Made by a program: the position numbers and the translations under genes. DNA of 64,000 nucleotides from Saprolegnia diclina VS20 (lineage: Eukaryota), in contig NW_008246095.1 in the NCBI RefSeq assembly GCF_000281045.1, positions 502,526 through 566,525 of the forward strand, written 5' to 3'. The stretch's first letter is position 1. Each line of letters begins with the position of its first letter. Shown here in pieces: positions 44,401 through 57,005 of this stretch. The notes beneath the pieces were generated by a model. It saw only the letters and a list, made by a program, of their open reading frames with translations. It searched no databases and had not been told where the DNA came from.

Positions 44401-45972
44401 CGTGTCCTTCAAGAGGTACGGCAACGACGCGTGCAAGTGATCTTCTGAGAGCAACTTGTCTTGCACAAACGCTTGGGTCTCGGTACACTGCACAACGTGG
44501 CCGACGGCGGTGCCAAAGACGATGGTCGCGCGCTGGACGACGCGGTCGGCGTTGGTAACGAGCAGCACAGCGCCGTTGACGTGCGAGTGCGCGTTGACGG
44601 CGCGCTGGGCGACTTTATGGCAGAGAAATGTCACCGGGTGCGCCAAGATCGGCAGCGTCATCGCCACCAAAATGACGCTATCTTCTTTGGGTAGCCCGAG
44701 GTACTCGAGCACTGCGAATGTCTTGGTGGCGCCGTTGACCTGCCCCTCGAGGCTCGCACCAATGCCTGCGAGGCCGACGACCAAGTCGGATGGAAACGAC
44801 GGGTACGTCCGTGCGAGTGCGAGGTTGCCGGCCCACGTGGCTGCGTTGCGCACTTGGTTGTTGGCGATGCGACGGACATGCTTGGCGAGCACGCGCAGCG
44901 CGTCCGAATCGACGGTCGAGAGCTGTAGCAGCAGCTCGTTAAGCGTCACGGCGGCGCCGACGACGACGCTGTTCTCGTGCACGCTCGTCGTTTTCAAAGC
45001 TGGGATGTGCGTGATATCGACGAGGACAGGTGGAAACTCTACGTGGCGGTACGGCGCAGTGCTGTTCAAGTACTTGGTGACGCCCCGTGACGTGAGACCG
45101 CCCACAAGCATGACATCGTCGTGCTTGGGATGCAGCGTGTGCACCTCGGCAAGTTGCTCGAGCGTCAGCACACGGTACCACGCACGGTCTCCGTTAACAA
45201 AGCGCAGTGGCACGGGTGTGTAGTCGGCAATGAACGCTGGCGGTGGTGCCTGCGACGTCCGGTCAAACGTCACATCGGGCCGCAAGTCTTCCATGTCGCC
45301 GACATTGCTGGCGTTGTTGGCCTTGTGCGGGCAGTCGGCGCAGGACGTTGTGCATCCCTTCGCCGCACGCGTCGACTCGGCGTGATCGCAAGCTGGATTA
45401 AGAAACTCATAGTCGTCTTCACCGCTGTAGGCATCGCCGTCGTCGACTTCGTACGCAAGGCTTTTGGACCCAAACGAGTGCATCGTCGCCAGAATCGGCC
45501 GGTACCCCGTGCAGCGGCAGAGGTTGCCGTCAAAGTGGTCTTCAATCGCAGCTTGCGTCGGCGACGCGTTGTTTTGCAGCAGCTCGACCATGTTCATAAC
45601 CCAGCCCGGCGTGCAGTACCCGCATTGCATGCCCGACTTTTCGACGAGCGTCTTTTGCACTTGGTGGAGGCCTGTCTTGGTGTTGCCAACGCCCTCGACC
45701 GTAAGCACTTCCATGCCGTCGATAGCAGCGAGCGGGATCAAGCACGCATTGACGGCGCGCGTCACGAGCTGCGACGAGGTCACACTGCGATGACGAAGCA
45801 CGACAGTGCACGCGCCACAGCCGCCCTCGCCGCATGCGACCTTGGTGCCCGTGAGCCGTGCGACGTCGCGGATGTAGTCGACGAGCCGCAGCTGGCCAAC
45901 GCTGCCTTCCTGCAGCACGACTTTCGCGCCGTTGAGCGCAAACGTGAGATCGGACGTCCACGTCGATGGCAT
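41458..45972 (-). CDS. xanthine oxidase family molybdoflavoenzyme, aldehyde-oxidase-like, multi-exon
   Basis: Fe-S motifs TGTKVACGEGGCGACTV, QCGYCTPG, GNLCRCTGYRPI; FAD IANNQVRNAATWAGN; Moco HMYMEPQ, GGGFGGK, RAPG, DIGQIEGA, SSKAVGEPP; start could be ~60 nt further upstream. Confidence 0.92.
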
Positions 45973-46216
45973 GTTGTCCGCAACGGCAATCTCGGAAAGT
46001 GCAAGTTGAACTTGTGCGCTTTCGTATCGCATTATTTGTATGCCATACAATATTCGAGTTGATTGCCAGCGGCGCGAACGTCGGCGAAGGTGCCGTGCTC
46101 CGATCAGGCGGTGCGACTCAGACGCACGAAGACGTAGGCCAAGCACCCGTACCGTACGCATCAAGCAGCTACGTCAAGGCGACCAGTCGGTGACGCCAGC
46201 ACCTAGTGGATGCAAG

Positions 46217-46500
46217 CCTAGTACCATCTTAGTGGGATAAGATATGCAATAAGCACAATATGCCGTGTCATGGATACGTAGCTCGTGCGAGCTCTGGTCC
46301 GCGCTAGCCGAGCTGGCTCACTCACTGCCTGCACCAACTCGAAGCATGTCCAACGTCGGGCCTAGTACCATCTTAGTGGGATAAGATATGCAATAAGCAC
46401 AATATGCCGTGTCATGGATACGTAGCTCGTGCGAGCTCTGGTCCACGCTAGCCGAGCTGGCTCACCGCCCGCACCAACTCGAAGCATGCCCAACGTCGGG
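46217..46500. repeat. tandem duplication, 144 nt + 140 nt units
   Basis: cctagtaccatcttagtgggataagatatgcaataagcacaatatgccgtgtcatggatacg...ccaacgtcggg occurs at 46217-46360 and 46361-46500 with a few differences. Confidence 0.95.
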
Positions 46501-46578
46501 CCGGCAATCAACGACTCGAGCAAGCTGTCGTGCTGGTGACGATGACGGTTTCAAAGGATCTTTGGCGGGTGCGACAAC

Positions 46579-48139
46579 ATGGTGCGCAAGAACGTCGTCG
46601 CAATGCTAGCGAGTGTCATGGCTCATTGTAGAGCTACGTGGGCGAGACAAAGGACCGGCTGCGGCATGGCCAAGGCACGTACACGTTCCCGGGCGGTTAC
46701 TTCAAGTACACGGGGTCCTGGTACCGCGGCAAGATGCACGGCCATGGCATCTTCTTTCTTGGCGATGGCAGCACGTACGAAGGTGCTTTCGAAGAGGGCG
46801 AAATGACGGGCACGGGGCTTCGGCGCTGGCCCGACGGGTCGACGTACGCGGGTAGCTTTCGCCGCGGCGAACTCGACGGCCACGGTGCCACCTCTGCCTC
46901 CAAAGGGCAATCGAATCATGCTGTCGTAGGCAGCTTTCTCTCGGCCAGTGGGAAACGCTACGAAGGAACGTGGCGAGACAATCAGTACTGCGGTGCAGCA
47001 TCTCCATTCATCCACCAACTTCACTTGGCACCATGCGGTAGGACACGGCGAGCTCTGGGATGCGGACGGCTCTCACTACGTTGGCGACTTTGAAGCACAC
47101 ACGTTTCACGGCGAAGGCCGCAAGACGTCTGCTGAACGAAACGAGGATCGAACTCATCTTCGAGCTTCCTATAGCTTTCCCGATGCGAGCACGTACGACG
47201 GGTTCTGGGCCCACGGACGTCAAGATGGCCTTGGTGCGCACACCCTATGCAGCCATACTGTGCTGACGATGCTCTTGAGGCTCGTATCTTGGCGCCAACG
47301 GAGAGAGCTACGAAGGCAGCTGGCGCGACGGACTCCGAGACGGCAAAGGCCGCGGCGTCTTTCCGGACGGCATCGTCTACGATGGCATGTGGACAGCCGA
47401 CCGCCCCGAACGTATGCTCTACTGCATAACGAGGTGGTATGCAGAGGTCTCTAGATCGCTCGTGCGGTCTCGTGATCTCGCGACTCATGCCCGACTATAC
47501 CACCGTGGACTTGACGCCCTTGGTGTTTCGAGAGGACAAGCCTGTGGAGCCTGCCCCGCCGAGCGAAGATGGCAGCGTCGACGCGCCGCCGCCGCCCGAG
47601 CCCAAGCGGCTACCGGCGTTTCGCATCGACTGCATCGACGCACCAGTGCAAGCTCGCACCAACAACCAAGCCGTGCGTACTCACCGTGACTGGTCTCGAA
47701 CTTGATCGACACGTACTAGGGCACGTGTGTCGTGGAAGAGTCGGGGCGGCAGCTGCGCATGCTCCTTTTAGCTGGCAAGATTCCCGGCTCGACCGAGCCC
47801 GACGTGGTTGCTGAGGTACCGAAGGGAAAGAAAGCCCCCGCGGTCGTCGCGCCGCCCCCCGAAGTTGTACCGGACGTCCCGCCGCTGCCGCTACCGCTCT
47901 TGACTCTGAGCGACGACAAGACGCCAATCGACGAGCACGCGATTGTGACGGAACACGGTGGCGCGCTTGTGCCAGCCATCTTTGCGCTGCCGAGTAGCCT
48001 CGCGCCGGGCGACTATTTCGTGCTGCTCGAGAGCGCGCTCGACACATCCTTGCCGCCAGCTTATTACCCGATTACAATTGCAAAGGCAGACGATCCGACC
48101 GACAAATCGTCGTTCAAGAACGCGCCCAAGAAAAAATAA
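46579..48139 (+). CDS. MORN1: MORN-repeat protein, MORN1-like, multi-exon
   Basis: Repeats YTGSWYRGKMHGHG, YEGAFEEGEMTGTG, YAGSFRRGELDGHG, YEGSWRDGLRDGKG; C-terminal ESGRQL segment as in MORN1; first exon is ATG only. Confidence 0.75.
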
Positions 48140-48179
48140 CTGCAATAAAAATGCCAAAATTGTTCCGATATTGGTTATA

Positions 48180-49450
48180 AATTGTACATAATTGTACACA
48201 ATTGTTTTGAGATGTCGCGCACGATCAGGCCATGCGCTGCGACGAGATCGTCCAGGAACTCGTCGGGGCCAGACCTCCAGAGCGCGCCCTTGCCCGTCGT
48301 ACCAAAGTCGTTGTTTGCAACGTCCAGCGTAAAGGGCACGCGGTTGCGGGCATTGGCGAGAGCGAGAGCCGGCGCCATCGTCATCGATCTTGGCGTCGTG
48401 GAGTCGAAGGAGCGCGAGCCCGTTGGCGAGGAGCCGTGGAAGCGCGCGCCATCACTGTGATGCATCACTGTGATGCTGTCGTGCGCCAAGTGCAGGTGAT
48501 TGGTTGCGATTTTGCGCAAAGAATCCGACTCGGTGGGGAGTGTGATCCAGCGTGGCCACAGCGTGTCGGGTACACGTACGCTGCTGAGGTGGATGACTTT
48601 GAGGTGCGGGCAATGCGCATCGTCGTCGATCCTGTGAATCGCGCACGATCCCAGTTCAATTGCGCGGAGCGCTGGGAACGAGAGCGCTGCGCTCCAGTCG
48701 ACGTCGGTGGTTTGCGCTTAGTTGAACAGCCGTAGCGTTTGAAGCACTGTCGAGTCACGCAGCTCGTCGAATACGAGCGGCACCGCTGCGGCATCTTGCA
48801 CGACGCCCCAAGTGAGCTTGGCAAGGCGGGAGAGCGGTTGTTGCCACTCTGGACAGGTGCTGCCACAACATCGTCGCTGTCTTCCAAGAAGAGGGACGTG
48901 AGGGCGGGCGACGACGCAATCGCTTTGGCCAGCGCGGCGCTGTTATCGACCCTGTGCAGACGTAGCCTTTGCCCACACGACTGACGGAGCCATGGGATAA
49001 GACATGACGTCGGGAACGGTTCGCCAAACCAAGCCGCGAGATAGAACGAGCGCACGCGCTGCGTAGGGTGCATCATGGCGGCCATGCACAGGCTGGCAAC
49101 GTGTCGTCCTGGCAAGTAGAGAAAGACGGCTTTGCGCATGTTGGTGCAGTACGCGACGGCGTCAATGGCGGCGGCTCAAACTCTGCCTCGTCGTCGTCTT
49201 TAACAAGGTCGTCGTTCTCCTCCACCCCAGAGGCCTGTTCGACGTCATGGTACGCGTCCTGGCGATGCACGGGCCCCACGCAGACGCCATGGACGCAAAC
49301 TTCGCGTGCGTACCTTGGCCCAAGTTGAGGGACATCTGGATCGACTGCGGCAGAGTGACCTCGAGCCAGCGTGCATCAGAGCAGTCGAAGACGCGAGCAC
49401 AAGCATGCCTACCCGGCGAGAACATGGCCACGCATACATTGCATTCAATC
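48180..49450 (-). pseudogene. decayed paralogue of the adjacent LRR gene
   Basis: Frameshifted pieces DARWLEVTLPQSIQMSL, LRLHRVDNSAALAKAIASSPALTSLFL, TLDVANNDFG parallel DARCLAAALPRTVRVKL and TDATALADAIYSCDSLASLSL of 49516-51018. Confidence 0.6.
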
Positions 49451-49463
49451 CACAAATCCACAC

Positions 49464-49503
49464 TGGATAGCTTGGATAGTTTGGATAGCTTGGATAGTTT
49501 GGA
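49464..49503. repeat. 9-nt tandem repeat TGGATAG(C/T)T x4 plus a partial copy
   Basis: tggatagct tggatagtt tggatagct tggatagtt tgga. Confidence 0.9.
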
Positions 49504-49515
49504 CATGTATCATGA

Positions 49516-51018
49516 CTAGGCAGGTGGAGACGCCATCTGAACGAAAATGACGTCGCCCGCGTCAACATCCGGCTGGCCCAATCCGGCAGCTATCTCGAGC
49601 TTGTACTTGCGCGAGTGGCTCGAGAAGAGCCCGAGCGTCACCTGCCGGCACGCATCGATCGCGTTCGCCAGCTGCTGGACCGAGCCGCGGAGCAGCTGGC
49701 TATTGCTCAGCGCGATGCGAAGCGGTGACGGGTTGCGTCCCTGCTGGAGCGATGCTGCCAACCGTTTGGCGCCGTCGGCGTCGATCGGAATGCTCTGGAG
49801 CGACAGCGTCTCGAGGCCATGAGTCATCCAGTGCGGGACCGCCTGCGCCAGTGCTGTGAGGCCCTGGCGCCCGAGCTTCATGTCGGCCCACTCGAGACTT
49901 CGGAGCGACATGGACGTGCCGAGCCACTTGGTCACTTTGGGGATGTCTTTGGCTTGCATCGCGAGCTCGCGTAGCGTCACGCTACGAAGCTGCGGGCACG
50001 TTCCTGACGCGGACACGTCGAGAAGCGAGATGCGCTGAAGCGTGAGTTGCTGCAGCTTGGTGAAGCTCATGAGCGGCTTCCAGATGCCGGGCGGCGCGTC
50101 GATGATGCGACCGATCAGCGTCAGCGACGTCATCTTGGCGCCACTGAGCTTGTGCAGCAGTGCCGTGTCGTTTTGCGCGGCGCCGCGGACGTCGAGTGAC
50201 AGCTCCGAGAGCTGGTGCAAGGGCCGAGGCGAGGCGAGAAGGGCATCGACGACGCTGCGGGCGCCCACAAGTGAGAGCGAGGCGAGCGAGTCGCATGAGT
50301 AGATGGCGTCGGCCAAGGCAGTAGCGTCCGTGACGCCCGTGCATGCGAGGCGAAGCGTCGTGGCGCCACCGCGACGTAGCCAGGCAGCCATGTCCGTTGT
50401 ATCCAAGGGGTCCTTGAACATGACATCGAGGTCAAGCTGCTGGAGGCTCCGGGTCGTGACAGCAGCGACGATCTGCTGGGCGACCGTGGCGTTGATCGGG
50501 TCGACGATCGAGACGTTGCGAAGGTGCGTGCACTGTCGCAATGCGTCGACGACTGCCTCGGGCATGTCGCTCGGCTTGCGGAAAGAGAGGTCCGTAATGT
50601 GATCGTGCCACGCGCGGACCACTGCATGGGTCGCGTCGGTCCACATACTCGAGGTAGACAGCTTGACACGGACCGTGCGTGGGAGCGCTGCAGCAAGGCA
50701 GCGCGCATCAGTCATGTCGGACACCTGGATCTGTGGGAACGCGGGCAGCGCCGATACCCCGAGTTCCATGTGGTCGGTTGGAATCGTTTGGAGGACGAGG
50801 CTCGGCCACTGAGTGGTGAGACTCATGACGCCACTGAGTTCCTTGAGCGCTACGAGCGAAGGTGGCAGCGCCGTGGAGGGCCATGCGTTGAGGAAGGCCA
50901 GAGCATCCCGAGCATTCGGAATCATCTGGAGCATGTCGATCAGCACTGCGCCGTTGAGGCGAGCGACGGCCGTCGAGGCGTCACGGACGACGCAGGGGCG
51001 CTTGGTTGGCGTCGCCAT
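49516..51018 (-). CDS. RNI-like leucine-rich repeat protein with F-box-like N-terminus (lineage-expanded family), 500 aa
   Basis: Intact ORF; repeats LQQLDL, LASLSL, LSELSL, LQQLTL, LRSLEW, LETLSL..IDADGAKRLA; N-term LNGAVLIDMLQMIP..ALAFLNAWP..LPPSL.AL. Confidence 0.75.
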   Translation of the reverse strand: MATPTKRPCVVRDASTAVARLNGAVLIDMLQMIPNARDALAFLNAWPSTALPPSLVALKELSGVMSLTTQWPSLVLQTIPTDHMELGVSALPAFPQIQVSDMTDARCLAAALPRTVRVKLSTSSMWTDATHAVVRAWHDHITDLSFRKPSDMPEAVVDALRQCTHLRNVSIVDPINATVAQQIVAAVTTRSLQQLDLDVMFKDPLDTTDMAAWLRRGGATTLRLACTGVTDATALADAIYSCDSLASLSLVGARSVVDALLASPRPLHQLSELSLDVRGAAQNDTALLHKLSGAKMTSLTLIGRIIDAPPGIWKPLMSFTKLQQLTLQRISLLDVSASGTCPQLRSVTLRELAMQAKDIPKVTKWLGTSMSLRSLEWADMKLGRQGLTALAQAVPHWMTHGLETLSLQSIPIDADGAKRLAASLQQGRNPSPLRIALSNSQLLRGSVQQLANAIDACRQVTLGLFSSHSRKYKLEIAAGLGQPDVDAGDVIFVQMASPPA

Positions 51019-51399
51019 CGCTGTGCTTGGTTCTGCCGCTCTTTAAAGTACGAAACACGCAAAGTACGAAACGTATCCGAACTTCAGAGAGCCATTCAAG
51101 ATACGGCCGCTGCGTTTGCCACGTCATTGATCCTGAGTCTATCTCTCGATCTCACAAGGAAGAAGGGGTCTTCGAACCTCTTGCTGTTTGGTGGCCGTTG
51201 TCTCGTTCTACAGATTCGCTTCGGCAGCTGTGGTATGCTCCTCGAAGACCAACCACAACATGTCGGCAACGACCACGCTTCGCAAGTTGGCAAACATGGC
51301 TTTGCACGCATTGGGGGAGCGCATGAATGCCGGTGACAACGCTGTGGCGGATGCTCGTGGAGGTGTGCGTCCGTGTCCTCCTGGTGCGCCTCGTCGCCG

Positions 51400-51790
51400 T
51401 GAAGCGCGCCAATGCTGCGCTGCGGGTCCGCCTTGGCTTGGGTACTCGAGGATGCAGACGCTCGTGATCCATGCCACAGGGACCACAGGGAGCACTGTAA
51501 AGGTCTCGAAACAAGCGAAATTGCGATCGTCGGCGGCAGAGCGACATACAACCAGCGCTTGACCGGGAGCTGATCGATGTTGGCATGCGCAAAGACTGGA
51601 AAGGCGGCGACGCCAAGTTCGAAGCCTTCCTTTGGCACAGCGTAGCAATGCAGGCTTGGCCAATGGTCACGCGGTTATTGGTCTCGCTGAGCTTATTGAG
51701 CGCCCTGAGGGCCGGCGGCAGCTCCGATGGCGGCCACGCATACATGAGAGCAGCAACCTCTTCGAAGAGCGGGAGCCTGCCTGGCCGGCA
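51400..51790 (-). pseudogene. decayed N-terminal fragment of the same LRR family
   Basis: MYAWPPSELPPALRALNKLS and FELGVAAFPVFAHANI..WLYVALPPTIAISL match NAWPSTALPPSLVALKELS and MELGVSALPAFPQIQV..CLAAALPRTVRVKL, in different frames. Confidence 0.7.
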
Positions 51791-52009
51791 AGATGTCCTC
51801 GCTTGCTGCTGCCATTCTTTGTGAAGCTTTCGCAGTCCCCAACCCTATACCTGTTAAGTACGACTGCATTTTTCAACATGTTGGTATATAATAGTGTGAA
51901 CATGCTGCCTTGATACAGTGTTTTGTATTCTGTTTTAATGGAACACTGGATTGAGTAGGTGCTGGATCCAGCCAATCGGAAGCGCTGACGCCATCCGTGG
52001 ACTTGGAAG

Positions 52010-55000
52010 ATGCGCAACTTGATCGTGCTCGACGAGCGCCGGGCAACGCTGCCGCCAAGCAGCTGGGTCGCGCAGAGCGTCGATGCTGCCGAAGACCGCG
52101 TCTTTGCCATGACGAGCGACGGCTGCGTGGCCTGCCTCGTCGCCAACGAAGTTGTTTGGGACTGTCGTTTGGACGGCGCCGCCGACTGGCTATGGTGCCA
52201 CTACAACATAGAGCTCGAGGCCATCATCTGCGCCTCGCGCAGCGGCGCCATCGTGGCCATTGACGCGAAAGACCATGATGTCGAGGTCATCGGCCACTTT
52301 GACGCGGGCCTTTGCGCCGTCGCTTGGAACGCCACGGACGACCAGGTCGCGCTCGTCACGGGCGAGAGCCTCCTCATCACGATGAGCACGTCCTGGGACG
52401 TCTTGCACGAAGGCCTCCTCGACGTGCCAAGCTTGCATGCGGCGTCGCTCGTCTCTCTGGCGTGGCGCGCCGACGGCCAGTTCCTCGTTGTGAACGCTGC
52501 CCAGCAGATCCAGGTACGTTGCTCATACAGCAACGCTGTGTCTCATGCTTGCTGTAGGTCTGGGAGCAGTCGAATGCGTCGTGGTCGCGTCACGCTACGG
52601 GGCGCTACGAAGACGGCCGGCCGCTCACGCAGCTCGAGTCGACAATTGCGTGGTCGCCAAACCACACGCTGATCGCAACGAGCCAGATCCTCAAATCCCA
52701 GCTGCACGTCATCTTTTTCGAACGCAACGGGCTGCGTCACGGTGACTTTGCTGTCGACGCGGCCAGCGTCACGCATCTGCAGTGGAACACGCTCTCGGAC
52801 GTGCTCGCGCTCGGCGTCGTGTCGTCGACGGGGCAGGCGCGGTTGCAATGCTGGACTCGGAACAACTACCACTGGTACCTCAAGCACGAGCGGCGGCTCG
52901 AGGACAACCTCGCGGCGCTTACGTGGGACCTCGAGGCGCCGTACACTTTGCACATTTTGCAGCAAACGGGTACGCACCGCACGCTGACGCTCGAGCCGCA
53001 TGTGCACGCGAGCGCTTCGGAGATGGCGACCGTCGCCGTCATTGATGGGTGCCAGCTCAAGCGCACGCACTTTCAAAAGGCGCCGATTCCTCCGCCTATG
53101 TGCGCCAGCACGATCTCGGTGCCATCGCCGATCAACGTGCTTGCGTTCGCCAACGACATGGTCGTCCTCGTCACGTCCTCCGGCTCGTGGCACCTCGTGC
53201 GCGACGGCTGCGTGTGCCCTATCACGCATGAAGACGCGGTGTTTACCCAAGCCATGCAATCGCTAGCGTGGGACGGTGCTTTGTTCTGGGGCGTGCCGGA
53301 AGGCGACGCGACGACCTTGTGTATGGTGTCTCTCGATGTGACCACGGGGTGTGTCCTTCGCACGTCGTCGCTACCGGCGCCGATCAACGAGACATTTAGC
53401 TCCCTCTCGATGGACGGTCGCGCCGTGCAGCTCTCGTCCGGCGCACGCTTCCATCCCGCGCAACGTGATGTTGACGAAAGTGCTCACCCGCTCTATGCGC
53501 ACTGGGCGACGCTCGACCACGATCTCTGCGTCGGGTCGGCAGGCCACAAGCTCTTCGTCAACGGCGCCTTGCTGCATGCATCCGTCGCGTCGTTCCATCT
53601 CTCGCACATGTACCTTCTGACGACGACGCTCGGGGCCCACCCGCAGCTGCACTTTTACCTCCTCGACGATTTGGTCGATGGGAAGTATACCCCGGTGCAC
53701 ACGCAGCCGGTCGAGCGCGGTGCCAAGCTCGTGACGACCGTGCCGTCGCGCGCCGACGTCATTCTGCAGATGCCCCGGGGCAATTTAGAGATCCTCGCGC
53801 CGCGCCCGCTCGTGCTCCACCTGGTCGCGCAGTGCGTTGCGTCGGCGGCGTACGCACCGGCCTTGGAGCTCTGCCGCAAGCACCGTGTCGATATGAACGT
53901 GCTCGTGGACCTGGATCCGCCGGCGTTTCTAGCCAACATTGATGCGCTTCTCGACGCGCTGCCGCCGCGTCTTCGCAGCGACCGGCTCTGTCTCTTTCTC
54001 ACCAACTTGCATCCGGTCAACGTCTGCGGCGCCAAGTACCCGCTGGCACCCGTCCAGAGCATGCACGAGTCGTGGGACAAGGTGCTCGAGGTACATTCAA
54101 CGGGCCAAGGAGTCCAGTCATGGAGAAGCCTTGCCGTAGGTGTGCTCGGCCGTGCGGTCGGCGCTTCTCGCGCGCGACGCTGCCACGTACCTCACGCCGC
54201 TTCTGACGTGCGAAGCCAAGATGCAGCTGTTGGAGCCCGCGTTGTTGCGACTCCAGGCCGTACGCTTTTATTGTGTTGTGAGAGGGAGCCCCACTGGATG
54301 CGCGTAGCTGCATGCGACGGACAAGGTGCTGGCGGAGAAGGGCTTGCAGCATCTCGTCTTCCTCGTGGACGTCGACATTCTCTACGACCACGCGCTCGGG
54401 TACTTGTGTTGTGTACAGTCCCCTTTGCCTGACCGCATGGCTAGGCTCTATGACATGGCCTTGACGCGGCTTGTCGCTGGCCGGACCCAGCGCGACCCGC
54501 AAGAGTACCTTCCGCAGTTGGCAGCGTTTGAAGCACTGCAAACCACCAAGTCAGAGGCATATATGAAGTACGCTATCGACCTCAGCTTGCAGCGGTTTGC
54601 GAAAGCGCTCACGCACCTCACGGCCGACGCCGACGCCGACCTTGCCCTCTCGCTCATCACGTCCCATCATTTGTACGAGGACGGGCTCCGGCTGTTTCGT
54701 GCAAAGTTGTCTCCGACTCGGCGGCACATTTTGGTCGCGTACGGGGCGCATCAAGTGGCGACCGGCGCCTTTGCCGCCGGTGGGCACACGTTTCTTGCGG
54801 CGGTGCCGCCGGCGCTCGAGCTGGCCGTCGACGCGTTCCGCAAAGCCCACGACTGGCGCCTCGCAATGAGCATCGCCGCCCGCATCGAAGACTACGATCT
54901 ATATACGCTCGCGTACGAGATGGCCGACGAGCTCCTCAATGCGATGGGCACGGCCCGCAACCCGGTCGCGGCCGCCGAGCTGTACATTCACTACTGCCAC

Positions 55001-55919
55001 GACGTTGACGAAGGTGCGTCATCGTCGTCGACCCAATCACGCGTCGACTCTCGCGATTCTGTCATATAGGCGTGGCCACGCTTGTGCAGGCGCGCGAGTG
55101 GGGCCTCGCGCTGCAAGCGGCGCAGCTGCACAAACGACGCGACCTCATCGAGACCGAAGTCGAGCCGCTCGTACCCTAACCCTCTAGTTGCATGCACAGT
55201 GTGACACGCCACTGCGTTAGGTGCTCCAAGCCGCCGAGGACATGGAGACCGACATCAATGGACGACTCGCGACGTACAAGAAGCACTGGGTGCGACTCAC
55301 GACGTTGCGCGAGCAGATTCGGCTCTTCCGCCTCCACGGTATCGACGGCAAGAACGACGACGGCAACGGCTTGGACGACGGCGCGTCGAGTGCGGCGAGT
55401 GCCTTCTCCAACATGAGCATGAGCTCGGTCGGGAGCCACAATAGCAACCGCGACATTCGCTTTGGGTCGGCGCTGAGCTTTGAGACAGCGTCGCACAGCG
55501 CGACAACTAGTCCATTTTACGCTGCAATGAGCGCCGAGCCCACGAGCAGTTCGACCCCAAAGAAGATGCCGCGCCGCTTTCGCCGCACCAAGATCCAGGA
55601 AGGCAGCGCGGACGAAGATGCGTACGTTGAAAAGAGCCTCCGTGGCGCGATGCCCGCTCCCGAGTTCCTCGCGGATCTGCGCCAGCTGCTCACGATGCTG
55701 ATCTACTTTGGCCATACGCCGACCGCCCAAGCTCTCCAGACGCAGCTCGACGCATTTCTCGATCACATTCAGGACCACGTTCCGCCCGCACCCGTCCACG
55801 TAAGTTGATCCTCTGTGTGTCCGGCGTATGCACATGTATATGACTAGGGCGAGAGCACCGAGGCTGCGTGGACCCGGCCGGACGACGCGACGTGGAAGGT
55901 CGTGACGCGACTCGTCTAA
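52010..55919 (+). CDS. ELP1: Elongator complex subunit 1 (IKI3/IKAP), multi-exon
   Basis: MRNL start, AWRADGQF, VIFFERNGLRHGDF, WTRNNYHWYLK, LQMPRGNLEI..PRPLVL, RKHRVDMN, TQRDPQEYLP, Ser-rich then basic C-terminal region KIQEGS. Confidence 0.95.
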
Positions 55920-55999
55920 GGAGTTAGATCGTCGACGGCCTGTTGGTCGACTGCCACCGACTCAAAGCATTCTATACCATGAGTCTTGATTGCACCTTC

Positions 56000-56562
56000 T
56001 TACTCGCGGAAGCGGTCCAAGCAAAACTCCATGACAACGGCAAAGGCCGTGAAGCTGGCGGCGCCCTTGGCCGTGTTGGTGAGGAAGACTAGAGTATAAG
56101 AAATGAGATAGCAGTACGGGACAAGGACGTACGCTTGGCGGGCTGCTGGCGCGCGGCCCACGCGCCAAAGATCGCGCCCGACGACGACGCGGCCGCGATC
56201 GTGTTGACAACGTCGTGCTTGGCCCGCTCGCGCTCAATGACGCACTCGATGCCGGCGTAGACAAGCCCCACCGACGCGAATTGCTATCGTTTGCATGAGC
56301 TTCCATGCGAGCGAGAAGGCTACGTTAGTCGTACGCCAGAAAAGTAAATGCTGCGGTGGTAGCCGGCCAGGAAGCTCTTCCGGAAGCCGTGGTAGAGCTG
56401 CTCGCGCATGGTTGAGCCGACGAGCTCGCCGTGCGCGCCTTCAAAGGTGCCGAGGAACGTGCCGAGGCCGACGCCCATGACGATGCCCATGCCCGACGAC
56501 ATCATCGCATGCTTGACGCACGACTCGCGCGACTCGAGGATGAACTTGTTGACGGCCTCCAT
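56000..56562 (-). CDS. TIM22: mitochondrial inner membrane translocase Tim22 (Tim17 family), 3 exons
   Basis: [45 protein letters not shown] with the two conserved Cys; [13 protein letters not shown]. Confidence 0.85.
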
Positions 56563-57005
56563 CAAGCGGATTTGGCCGATTTCATTGGTCGACGGCGCCA
56601 ACGAAGCAATACTTGACGTTACAAAGCAATTCTTGACGTTAATTACCGACACAGGAATATGCCCAAGGTGAGCTGGGACTGTGCAATAGCGTGGACGGGC
56701 TGCTCGACATCGTGCGGTCCGATCGATCGCCAAAGAGATTCCTCGCTCAACCAAGTTATATACAAACGACGAGTAGTATCCTAATACGATGCTCAAAGGG
56801 GTCCATGACGTGGCACACGCAGAGGCAAGTTTGCCATTGTTGGTGGAAAATGTGGATGCACGTGCCGGCTGCTACAAAACCAGATCTGACGAGGTCCTCT
56901 AGTATCCATCGACGCTAGCTACAAATGTCCTCTCGATGGCCGTGAAAATCAACGCAAACAACTGACAAACCAAGTCCAATACGACGATGGCACTACTACT
57001 AAGGA

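Noticed and set aside
10547..45972. FAS + AOX + channels as a secondary-metabolite or signalling gene cluster
   Set aside because: No tailoring or transport genes typical of clusters, and neighbours are unrelated housekeeping genes; adjacency alone is not evidence
46217..46500. Possible CRISPR array or LTR pair
   Set aside because: Only two adjacent units, no spacers, no TG..CA ends or internal element; eukaryotic context
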